A stretch of 15,703 nucleotides of DNA, taken from NCBI GenBank assembly GCA_036351155.1, contig JAZBOO010000032.1, positions 1 through 15,703 on the forward strand, read 5' to 3'. The notes below the pieces were generated by a model. That model worked only from the letters and a program-made list of their open reading frames with translations, was not told the origin of the DNA and did not search any database. Made by a program: the position numbers and the translations under genes. The DNA is from Candidatus Krumholzibacteriia bacterium. Its GTDB lineage: Bacteria > Krumholzibacteriota > Krumholzibacteriia > LZORAL124-64-63. Shown here one piece after another: positions 1-7,940 of this stretch; position 1 is the first letter of the stretch; each line of letters opens with the position of its first letter.

Positions 1-240
1 GGTCCACCCCTGGCCGGCTATTTCCTCGGGAATGAGGTACTGAGAGGCATACTCGGTGCGCAGGCCGCCACCGGTGGGGTTGGTGTGGCACAGGGTACAG
101 CTCTGGCCGTACTGGGCCGTGTACCGGGGAACGGCGTGGGCTTCCCCGGCCAGGATCAGGGGGGAAAGGCCACCCATCCAGAACAGGAAAGCCAGGGGCA
201 AAGGGTGCCGCGGGAGGATGTGTTTCAGCTGTGGGATCAA
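1..240 (-). CDS. Secreted c-type cytochrome, N-terminal fragment (monoheme CxxCH just after the signal peptide; Cyc2/cytochrome-porin-like start), truncated at the window edge
   Basis: Manual translation from TTG at 240, with AAAGGA RBS upstream: MIPQLKHILPRHPLPLAFLFWMGGLSPLILAGEAHA/VPRYTAQYGQSCTLCHTNPTGGGLRTEYASQYLIPEEIAGQGWT. It has a hydrophobic signal ending in AHA and CTLCH at 85-99. The frame is open to the window edge and is absent from the ORF track. Confidence 0.85.
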   Translation of the reverse strand, partial: MIPQLKHILPRHPLPLAFLFWMGGLSPLILAGEAHAVPRYTAQYGQSCTLCHTNPTGGGLRTEYASQYLIPEEIAGQGWT

Positions 241-271
241 CTTGTGGTTCCTTTCGAATGCCGAGGGGTTG

Positions 272-1858
272 TCATTTGACGAGAGTGACCTTGGTGACCT
301 GGGCCTCACCATTGGCCGTCCCAACCACGACATAGGGCCCGGCCGCCACCCTGTTGCCGGAGTTGTCCTCGCCGTCCCAGGTGAATTCGGGGCTCAGGAT
401 TGGGCCCTGGTGCAGGGTCCGGACCAACCTGCCTCGTAAATCGAAAACCTGCACCAAACCCTGGGCCGGACCCTGCAGACCGGAAAGGTGGATGACCGTC
501 CGAGGATTGAAGGGGTTGGGGTAGGCAGAAATCTGAAATGACCCAGCCTCGGGAACTGCGGAAAGGCCCTGGAGAGCCAGCGCGTCGAGCCAGTCCGAAA
601 TGAGTGCGGGGGCCAGTTCCAAACCGGCCAGCGGGGTGGGGTCATCGTAATGTTCCGCCATCAGGAGCAGATCGTTGAACTCCGTGGCTCCGGACCGGTC
701 GAAATCGCCGCCGGCCCAGACGGTGCCGGAAAGTCCATAGGAGTCGCTGATCTGCAACAGATCACCTGAGTTTACCTGGCCATCCAGGTCGGCGTCTCCG
801 AAAGTCAGGGGCGAAAGGAGAACCAGAGCATTCTGATTACCCGAGATTGCCGTGGTCGCCACGCGGCGCGAATTGTCGATAAACCCCAGGGATGGCTCCC
901 AGGAACTGAACGATGGTTCAAGAAGGGAGGCGTAGCCACTGACCAGGACATTCTCATCTTGGAATAGAACGCCGCCGGAGGCTGAAATATCGCCCAGATC
1001 ATTGTTGTCATAGAATCCCACGTACCGCGAAGGAAGCTGGGCAGGGTTCACCGGCTGCCAGCCATCGTCTCCATTGAAGCGATAGGTCAAATAGTTCTCG
1101 AAGACCGTCGAGGCCAGGTCGGCAGCAGCCACGACTTCATCCCGGTTGTTGATGGCATAGGCCAGGACATTGGTGAAAGGGGTACCACCATGCGGAGCGG
1201 GAATACCGAGGTCGGTCACTTCCCCGGTGGCGAGGTCCATCATCAGCCCGCCGCCGACCACTTTGCCTTGGTTGTTCAGGTCGGTGGCCGTGGCCTGAAA
1301 GCCCAGTTCCCGAAGGTTGATGGGGTCTTCCGTGGGGGAAAACAGGAGACTGGGCCCGCCCATGAAACCCTGGATCCGGACAAAGCCCACCATCTGGCCG
1401 GCGTCGTTGATCGCTGTCACCTGACCGCCGCTGGTGGCCATCTGCTGGCCCAAGGCGGGGACCGTTGCGGGATAATCGAGAAGCTGGGGCTGATAGGTCC
1501 CATCGGTTCCACGGATCCAGAAGGCGGGGGCTCCGGAGTCCCAGGCAAAACCGTTGCCGGAAATAGTTCCCACCACAGTACCGTCCGAGTTGACATCCAT
1601 GGCCAACCCCGCCATCGCCCCCTCCGGCAGGGGGAGGATTACCAGTCCCTCATCCAGGGTGGCCACGAAGGGGTGACTGACCCCGTCGATCACCTGATAG
1701 CCTACCAGGTGGCCTGCATCACTGGCTCCGAGGGGCTGGGTGGTCACCTCAAAATTGGCGATAGGGTCGACCCGGTAGGTTGGCACCTGGGCGGAACTCC
1801 CTGGTACCAAAGCGGCGTTGACCACCAAAAGGGCGCACCATATAATCAATTTTCGCAT
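272..1858 (-). CDS. Secreted protein with HAF-like extracellular repeats, a dockerin-like domain and a C-terminal FlgD-Ig/T9SS-A-like domain
   Basis: Signal peptide MRKLIIWCALLVVNAALVPGSSA/Q. About 7 repeats of the type AMDVNSDGTVVG, VTAINDAGQMVG, ATDLNNQGKVVG, AYAINNRDEVVA. Paired Ca-binding motifs GDADLDGQVNSGDL and GDFDRSGATEFNDL. C-terminus AYPNPFNPRT...VFDLRGRLVRTL...WDGEDNSG...TKVTLVK. AAGGA RBS. Confidence 0.88.
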   Translation of the reverse strand: MRKLIIWCALLVVNAALVPGSSAQVPTYRVDPIANFEVTTQPLGASDAGHLVGYQVIDGVSHPFVATLDEGLVILPLPEGAMAGLAMDVNSDGTVVGTISGNGFAWDSGAPAFWIRGTDGTYQPQLLDYPATVPALGQQMATSGGQVTAINDAGQMVGFVRIQGFMGGPSLLFSPTEDPINLRELGFQATATDLNNQGKVVGGGLMMDLATGEVTDLGIPAPHGGTPFTNVLAYAINNRDEVVAAADLASTVFENYLTYRFNGDDGWQPVNPAQLPSRYVGFYDNNDLGDISASGGVLFQDENVLVSGYASLLEPSFSSWEPSLGFIDNSRRVATTAISGNQNALVLLSPLTFGDADLDGQVNSGDLLQISDSYGLSGTVWAGGDFDRSGATEFNDLLLMAEHYDDPTPLAGLELAPALISDWLDALALQGLSAVPEAGSFQISAYPNPFNPRTVIHLSGLQGPAQGLVQVFDLRGRLVRTLHQGPILSPEFTWDGEDNSGNRVAAGPYVVVGTANGEAQVTKVTLVK

Positions 1859-1920
1859 CAGGATTCCTTTCGCAGGTGAATGACGTGGATTGAAGGTGAC
1901 ATAAATTGTCCTCTTTGACT

Positions 1921-1934
1921 GTGACCTCAGTCAC
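1921..1934. promoter_or_regulatory. Palindromic operator candidate GTGAC-CTCA-GTCAC
   Basis: Perfect 5-bp inverted repeat with a 4-nt spacer in the divergent intergenic region next to a Crp/Fnr gene. The half-sites resemble the CRP-family TGTGA. Confidence 0.55.
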
Positions 1935-1987
1935 CAAGTGCCATTTTTTTACGGTCCCAGATGAGGGACAGGGAGCGGGCCTCAAGA

Positions 1988-2626
1988 ATGTTCGGTTTTT
2001 CTCCTCCGATTGTTCCCCAGTTCATCCAGGATCAGGTAGGCCGGTGCGGGCAAAGAGTGGTTCTTGAACCAGGAAGCCATTTCCTGACACCCGGCGCTGA
2101 GGTTGATCTCTTTGCCCTGGTCGAAAATGGAAACTTGCGGGTTTTTTCATCAGGGATGGAAGGACGGGAGATCACCCTTTACACCGTCGAACCCGGCGAA
2201 TGCTGTCTGATCAACGTGTTGTGTTTGATCTCGGGAATGAACAGTCCGGCCTTTGCCATGGCGGAAGATGTGGTAACGGCGATGGCCTTTCCCAGGACCC
2301 AGTTTCTCGCCTGGATTGCCGAACGTGAGGACGTGCGCCAGTTCGTTTTTGGAATCATGGCGGGCCGGGTCACCGGGATGATGGCGCTGGTCGAGGAAGT
2401 TGCTTTTCAGCGATTGGATTGTCGACTGGCGGCTTATCTGCTCCAGAAAGGCCTTGGTGGGGACAGGCTGGTCATGACCCATGAGGCCATCGCCTCGGAC
2501 CTGGGGACCGCTCGTGAGGTGGTCAGCAGATTGCTGAAAGCCTTTGAACGGCAAGGAGCGGTTTCTCTTGGCCGGGGTTTCATCACCCTGAATGAGCGCA
2601 TCATTCTGGAGAACCTCACAGACTGA
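1988..2626 (+). CDS. Crp/Fnr family transcriptional regulator
   Basis: cNMP-binding-like N-domain (GNLRVF..GREITLYTVEPGECC), FQRLDCRLAAYLL linker and Crp-type HTH MTHEAIASDLGTAREVVSRLLK. The start could be 1961 instead. Confidence 0.95.
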   Translation: MFGFSPPIVPQFIQDQVGRCGQRVVLEPGSHFLTPGAEVDLFALVENGNLRVFSSGMEGREITLYTVEPGECCLINVLCLISGMNSPAFAMAEDVVTAMAFPRTQFLAWIAEREDVRQFVFGIMAGRVTGMMALVEEVAFQRLDCRLAAYLLQKGLGGDRLVMTHEAIASDLGTAREVVSRLLKAFERQGAVSLGRGFITLNERIILENLTD

Positions 2627-2646
2627 CCCCCCCATGGTTCCCCCAT

Positions 2647-2679
2647 AAAAAAACCTGCAGAACAGGCGCTCTGCAGGTT
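2647..2679 (-). terminator. Rho-independent terminator for the fadD-STAS transcript (possibly bidirectional)
   Basis: Stem AACCTGCAGA (2652-2661) / TCTGCAGGTT (2670-2679) with an A7 tract at 2647-2653, which is a U-tract on the minus strand. It lies between convergent genes. Confidence 0.85.
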
Positions 2680-2698
2680 GCTCAATCGGGGTTCGTGG

Positions 2699-3037
2699 CT
2701 ACGCGAAACTGGCCAGAGCCTCGTCCCGGGTGCCATACACCTCGAAAATATTTTCCAGCTGGGAAATGTAGAAGATGCTCAGCACCCGCTCCTTGACCGA
2801 GCAGACCTTCATGACGCCATCGGCCGCCTTGATGCTGTGGAAACCGGAAATGATGATGCCCAGCCCGGTCGAGTTGATCCAGGGCACCCCGGAGAAATCC
2901 AGGATCACGTTGCGGAAATCCTTCTCCAGGACATCGGTGACTTCGGCCTTGAACTTGTCATGGTCGGGGCCGCCCATGATCTTGCCGGACAGTTCAAGAA
3001 CCATGGTTTCGCCCTGGGGATTCTGCTTGATCTTCAT
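2699..3037 (-). CDS. STAS domain anti-sigma factor antagonist (SpoIIAA/RsbV family)
   Basis: 112 aa with LELSGKI...VILDFSGVPWINSTGLG motif carrying the phosphorylatable Ser. AAGGAG RBS. Confidence 0.95.
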   Translation of the reverse strand: MKIKQNPQGETMVLELSGKIMGGPDHDKFKAEVTDVLEKDFRNVILDFSGVPWINSTGLGIIISGFHSIKAADGVMKVCSVKERVLSIFYISQLENIFEVYGTRDEALASFA

Positions 3038-3056
3038 CGTTTCTCCTTAAAAGTGA

Positions 3057-4721
3057 TCAGGTCAGAGCGTTGTACAGACGCCGCTTGATTTTCTTCGTCG
3101 GTGTTTTTTCGAACTCTTCGTAGAGAACCTTTAGCTTTGCTATCTGGGCGAAGCCGGGCAGGCGCTGATTGAGCTGCTGGCGGTTGCTCTCCATCAGGAC
3201 CTCGACCTGTTGTCCGCGGAGGCAAGCCCGGTCCACCGACTCCAGGTCCGGATAAACCAGAGCCACCAGTTTGCCCTCGCTGTCTATGATAAGGCTTTCT
3301 TCGACACAAGGCATATTGTTCAGCTGGGATTCGATCTCCTCGGGGTAAACATTCTGCCCCGAGGCGGTCAAGATCATGTTCTTGGACCGGCCCGTCAGGT
3401 AGAGAAAACCCTGGTCGTCCAGATGTCCCAGGTCGCCGGTCAGCAGCCAGCCGTCGGGGTCGATGGTGGCCTTGGTGGCCTCCTCGTCCAGGTAATAGCC
3501 GAGCATGCGGTTCTCGCCCCGCACCTGGACCTCGCCGATGCCGGTTTCCGGATGGGCTCCCGCGATGCGGCATTCAAGATAGGGAATCACCTTGCCCACA
3601 CAGCCCACCGGCGGATTGCCGGCATTGACGGTGTAGCTGATCAAGGGACCGCACTCGGTCATGCCGTAACCACAGGTGATGTTCAGGCCGATGGTGCGGA
3701 AGAAGTTTTCCACATCCTTGTTCAGGGCCGCCCCGCCAATGACCATCTCCTTGTAATTGCCGCCGAACACCTCGTAAATCTGATCGCGGATCTTGCGGTA
3801 GACGATGCTCCGCAGCCCGGGAATCTTCAGCATGAACTGGATCCGTGGAGTTTCCAGCACAGGCTTGATCTTGTTCTTGTAGATCTTCTCGATGATCAAC
3901 GGCACCGACATGACCACCGCCGGCTTCAGCTCCTCGAAGCACTTCAGCAGCACCTTGGGGGTGGGCACCTTTTCGATGAAGGTGATGTGGCAGCCGGCGT
4001 CCAGCGGGGCCAGAAAGTCGAAGGCACACCCGAAGGCGTGGGCCAGAGGAAGGAACGAAACGATGTTGTCCCCGGGCTTGAGGTCGACCATGTCATTGAA
4101 ATAACGCACGTTGGCAATCAGCGAGTTTCCGTTCAGCATGACGCCTTTGCTGAATCCCGTGGTGCCCGACGTGTAGACAATGGCCGCCAGATCACCATTG
4201 CTGATCTCCGGAAAAACCAACGTTTTGGCCGACAGGCGGTCGTTGAACTGGGCTTCATAGTGCGCGTCGGCGCCCTTGATGGCCTTCTTGATCTTGTCGT
4301 CCTCGGTGAAGAAGACGGAAAAGTCGCTGATTCTCAAGATGGCCTTGAGCGAGGGCATCTTGTCATCGTTGATGCCATCGTAGATGGGATCGGAAACAAA
4401 CAGCAGGGAGCACTCGCTGTGACGCACGATGTGCTCGATCTCACCGGGCGAGAAATCGGGCAGGATGGGCACGATGACCGCCCCATAACTGACGGTCGCC
4501 AGGTAGGTGACGCCCCAGTGCGAGGAGTTGCGGCCGCACAACCCGATGCGGTCGCCGGGTTTGATCCCGCACTTCTCGAACAGGTGGTGGAGCTTGAAAA
4601 TGCGGTGGGCCACATCGCCATAGGTCAGCGTCAGGTCCCGTCCCTCATCGCTGAAGCACGGCACTTCCCAGTGGTTGCGCAGAGCCGCGGCCACGGTCTG
4701 GACGAAATTCTCCTTGAGCAT
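3057..4721 (-). CDS. fadD: Long-chain-fatty-acid--CoA ligase (AMP-binding enzyme)
   Basis: AMP-binding motifs IVYTSGTTGFSKGVML, GYGMTECGP, DGWLLTGDLG, GRSKNMILTASGQNVYPEEIE and KTPTKKIKR. GGAGAG RBS. Confidence 0.93.
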   Translation of the reverse strand: MLKENFVQTVAAALRNHWEVPCFSDEGRDLTLTYGDVAHRIFKLHHLFEKCGIKPGDRIGLCGRNSSHWGVTYLATVSYGAVIVPILPDFSPGEIEHIVRHSECSLLFVSDPIYDGINDDKMPSLKAILRISDFSVFFTEDDKIKKAIKGADAHYEAQFNDRLSAKTLVFPEISNGDLAAIVYTSGTTGFSKGVMLNGNSLIANVRYFNDMVDLKPGDNIVSFLPLAHAFGCAFDFLAPLDAGCHITFIEKVPTPKVLLKCFEELKPAVVMSVPLIIEKIYKNKIKPVLETPRIQFMLKIPGLRSIVYRKIRDQIYEVFGGNYKEMVIGGAALNKDVENFFRTIGLNITCGYGMTECGPLISYTVNAGNPPVGCVGKVIPYLECRIAGAHPETGIGEVQVRGENRMLGYYLDEEATKATIDPDGWLLTGDLGHLDDQGFLYLTGRSKNMILTASGQNVYPEEIESQLNNMPCVEESLIIDSEGKLVALVYPDLESVDRACLRGQQVEVLMESNRQQLNQRLPGFAQIAKLKVLYEEFEKTPTKKIKRRLYNALT

Positions 4722-4768
4722 TGCTCTCCTGTCTGCGGGGCCTCGGTTTCTCGCTTCTGGACCGATGC

Positions 4769-4797
4769 ACTATAACCCAGAAGTCCGGAGGCCACAA
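4769..4797 (-). promoter_or_regulatory. Putative sigma70 promoter for fadD
   Basis: Minus strand TTGTGG-17 nt-TATAGT, ending about 48 nt upstream of the start codon. Confidence 0.45.
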
Positions 4798-4805
4798 TAC
4801 GGGGT

Positions 4806-5417
4806 TCAAGCCCGACGCCGGGGCTTCAGCCGGGGAAAGAAACGGGGCACCTGCTGCCTGTAGTCCGCATAAACGGGGCCAAGTTCCTTCAGCAGTTTTC
4901 GTTCTTCAAGTTCGGTTCCCAGCAGGGTATAGGCCAGGAAAACGGCACGCCACACCAGGTTCACGTCGGTGTAGGGCAGGCCGAACACCAGCAGGATCAG
5001 GGTGCCGGTGTACCAGGGGTGCCGGATGACTCCCAGCACGCCGGCCGTGGAAAAGGCCGGCGGAGTGGGCTCGCGTCCCGCCTGATGATCGGTCACTTGC
5101 CGCAACCCCAGGAAGGCCCGGCCGTCAAAGGCACGAGACCCCAGAATGAACAGGACCACGGCTTCCAGCAGCCCCACCACCCGGATCACCTGCCAGAGTC
5201 CGGACCATTCCCATACGGTGGCCGCCGGCAGGCCGTTCACCCACCAGAACCAGACCGCCAGACTGAGGGAACTGGCGACCACATAAACAATTCGGCCATA
5301 CGGAGCACAGGCCGGCACCCGGCGGCAAACGGTGTCCCGCCACAGGTGAGTGATGAAGAAACTGTGAAAAAAGCACCAGACTGCCGTGGCCAAGGCCACC
5401 TGCAAGTACAGGTTCAT
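4806..5417 (-). CDS. Membrane methyltransferase, ICMT/Nurim/MddA-like family
   Basis: Several hydrophobic helices. Motifs FFHS, FLGLRQV, GVLGVIRHPWYTG and EERKLLKELGPVYADYRQQVPRFFP are typical of the ICMT/PEMT fold. Confidence 0.85.
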   Translation of the reverse strand: MNLYLQVALATAVWCFFHSFFITHLWRDTVCRRVPACAPYGRIVYVVASSLSLAVWFWWVNGLPAATVWEWSGLWQVIRVVGLLEAVVLFILGSRAFDGRAFLGLRQVTDHQAGREPTPPAFSTAGVLGVIRHPWYTGTLILLVFGLPYTDVNLVWRAVFLAYTLLGTELEERKLLKELGPVYADYRQQVPRFFPRLKPRRRA

Positions 5418-5488
5418 GGTTGCCCCTTTATCGTGCTGGTCCTTATTATCACAAGATCAAACAAATCCATTCTAGAGGGAGATGGGTC

Positions 5489-7474
5489 ATGCGACAACTT
5501 GCCACCTGTACGGTTTTGGCTGGGCTCTGGCTGCTGATCATGGGCTCTATTTTGGGGGCCACTCCAGCCGCCGCCTGGGAGGAACCCGCCCACTGGGCTC
5601 GCATCGGCACGGTTCAGCAATGGATGGACATGGACGCCCGCTTTTTTCGCCGCCTGGACGACAGCCGTTTCGTCGACCGGTCCCAGTTCCGCCTGGATCA
5701 GGTTGAGCACTACGAGAAGACCCGCCTTTACGGTGGAGAGCTCGCCGCGGTGAGCGTGGAGGACTTCTACGCCCTGGACTCCGACCAGCAAGCCCACCGG
5801 GCCAGCCTGGCCCAGGGAAAACTGGTCTACGTGGAACGCTATCTCCAGCGGGTCCAGACCCAGATTCAGCGCTTGCGCGAGAATCTGTCCTCCGGCTGGG
5901 GCGATGGCGTTTCCGACGTCACCGTTCTGGCCGATTGCATGGCCCGTCTGGGCGATGCCGTGGGCCTGGATCCCAGCAATCCCTACTCCTGGCATCTTCA
6001 GGCTTACTTCACAATGTGCGCCGGCGACGAGACGCGTTCCCGCCAGTACCTCGATGGTGCCGAGGTGGCCCTGGCCCGTGTTCCGGCGGACCAGTTGACC
6101 GAAATCAGGGGCCGGGTGGCCCTGGACCAGGCCTGGTTAGCGCGCACCCGAGGCGACTTCGAAGAGGCCCTGGCCCAGCTTGACCGGGCCGAAAACCATC
6201 TTGGCCGCCACATCGAAACCCACTTGTTGCGTGGTCTGATCTATGCCCAGACCGGCCGTCCTGTCGAGGCCGGAGAAATAGCCTCTCGTCTCCGCAAGGT
6301 GGAGGTCCGGCGCTTTCCCACCAGCCAGCGCTCCTCCGATTTCGGACCGGAGCTGGAAGATCCCGCCAGCTGGTCCACCAAGCCCAGCGATTACATGTCT
6401 GCCTGGATCACGGCGCTGTCCTTGCTGTACGAAGGCGATCGTGAGCACGCCGCCTCTGCTTTCGGGACTTTCAACCTCAACGACATGTACCGTCAAGGCT
6501 GGCGCTTCTGGAACGAGGCCGGGCTGATCTACGAGATGACGGGCCGCCCCCAGAACGCCCTCGAAGCCTGGAACACGGCCCGCATGAGCCGCCCCTGGCT
6601 ACGGAACATGATCTACAAACCCTACGATCTGGCCCTGGGCATCCTCACTGCCCACGAGTCGCGGGTCCCCTACATGCTGGGCTATGACCGCCATTTTATC
6701 AGTGGCAGCCGCCTGGCCTATGGCGCCAGTCTGGTGGGGCGGGCGGGTGCTGCCGCGACCCCCGAAGAAAAACAGGAATGGGCCTCGCGCGCCCTGGATG
6801 AGCTGGCCATTTGCCGCCGCACGGGGATCTATCCCGGCCAGGCCTCGGTCCTGAGGGGCCATGTTTACTATTTGCTGGGCGATATCGCATCCAGCATTTC
6901 TGAACTGGAAACGGCCGTCTTGCTCCTCGAGAAACAGGGCGATGACCAGATCCAGCTGGCGGTCATGAAAGACCTGGCCGCCCTGCTGCACAACAGCCAG
7001 AACGGGAACCGGCCAGAACTTCTCAAGCAAAGCGGCAACAGCCGCGGCCGCTGGGAACCCGATGCTGAACCGGATCGACGCCGCCAGCAACTGGCCTCGC
7101 AGCTGGCCAATCACCCGGGCGACGACCGTCTGATCCTGGAAATGGCCCGGTTCGATATCCGGCACGACCGTCCACAGGAAGGCCGCCTTCTCCTGGAACA
7201 GCACGACCGGCTGGCCAGCACCAACGAGGCGGTGAGCCTGAAGCTGGAGGCCGACCGCTTGCTGGGCCGCACGGAGCTGGCCCTGAATCTGCTGGACCGG
7301 CTGGACAGCGGAACAGCCGACCACTTGAACCAGGCGGGAGTATGGTCACTGGTCGGTTCGATCTGCCTGGAACAAGGGTTCCCGGCACAGGCCCGGCGCG
7401 CCTGGACCCACGCGCTCGAACTGGACCCGGAAAACCAGGGCCTGCGCATGCAATTGCGGGTGATGGGAGACTGA
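5489..7474 (+). CDS. Exported tetratricopeptide-repeat protein
   Basis: Start at MRQLATC (GAGGGAG RBS) with a signal peptide ending AAA/W. TPR-like segments include AVGLDPSNPYSW, GDFEEALAQLDRA, FWNEAGLIYEMTGRPQNALEAW and ARRAWTHALELDPEN. Confidence 0.85.
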   Translation: MRQLATCTVLAGLWLLIMGSILGATPAAAWEEPAHWARIGTVQQWMDMDARFFRRLDDSRFVDRSQFRLDQVEHYEKTRLYGGELAAVSVEDFYALDSDQQAHRASLAQGKLVYVERYLQRVQTQIQRLRENLSSGWGDGVSDVTVLADCMARLGDAVGLDPSNPYSWHLQAYFTMCAGDETRSRQYLDGAEVALARVPADQLTEIRGRVALDQAWLARTRGDFEEALAQLDRAENHLGRHIETHLLRGLIYAQTGRPVEAGEIASRLRKVEVRRFPTSQRSSDFGPELEDPASWSTKPSDYMSAWITALSLLYEGDREHAASAFGTFNLNDMYRQGWRFWNEAGLIYEMTGRPQNALEAWNTARMSRPWLRNMIYKPYDLALGILTAHESRVPYMLGYDRHFISGSRLAYGASLVGRAGAAATPEEKQEWASRALDELAICRRTGIYPGQASVLRGHVYYLLGDIASSISELETAVLLLEKQGDDQIQLAVMKDLAALLHNSQNGNRPELLKQSGNSRGRWEPDAEPDRRRQQLASQLANHPGDDRLILEMARFDIRHDRPQEGRLLLEQHDRLASTNEAVSLKLEADRLLGRTELALNLLDRLDSGTADHLNQAGVWSLVGSICLEQGFPAQARRAWTHALELDPENQGLRMQLRVMGD

Positions 7475-7484
7475 CCTCCCGAGT

Positions 7485-7940
7485 CTAGTTTTCCCGGAGT
7501 ACGTACTCGTCGTACTCGATCTCGAACCGCAGCTTGTGATTGGCCTCCTCGTGGGCCAGTTCCAGGAACAGGTTCTTGATGTCCTGGCTCTCGGCGCGAT
7601 TTGCCAGATCGGTGTACAGGCGGAAGGCCTGCTTTTCCTGCTTCATGGCAAACAGCAGGATATCCTGGTAGCTGGGCTTCTCCGACAGCTCAATGTCGTT
7701 GGCATAGTCGACGATTTTCAGATCCTGCACTTCTTCACGCGCGTCGATCACCAGCTTGCCCGCCTTGACCATCTCGAGCTTGGATTTGTGGCCCCGCTCC
7801 TCGTCAGCGAAGGACAGGAACAGCTGTCGGTTGTGCGTGCTCTGGGCCCGCTCGGCAATCTCCGTGTACAGATCGACGGCTTTTTGCTCCATGTCGATGG
7901 CGTAGTCCAGGATTTCCTCGATGTTGCTCAGATCGCTCAT
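7485..7940 (-). CDS. Rubrerythrin-like ferritin-fold diiron protein (no rubredoxin domain)
   Basis: Duplicated motif AIDMEQKAVDLY...ADEERGHK and AMKQEKQAFRLY...AHEEANHK (E...ExxH twice). 151 aa from MSDLSN. Confidence 0.92.
   Translation of the reverse strand: MSDLSNIEEILDYAIDMEQKAVDLYTEIAERAQSTHNRQLFLSFADEERGHKSKLEMVKAGKLVIDAREEVQDLKIVDYANDIELSEKPSYQDILLFAMKQEKQAFRLYTDLANRAESQDIKNLFLELAHEEANHKLRFEIEYDEYVLREN

Noticed and set aside
56..439. Plus-strand ORFs at 56-439 and 85-279
   Set aside because: They lie antisense to the better-supported cytochrome c and secreted protein genes.
3210..4775. 521-aa plus-strand ORF
   Set aside because: Antisense shadow of fadD caused by high GC codon bias; no recognisable motifs.
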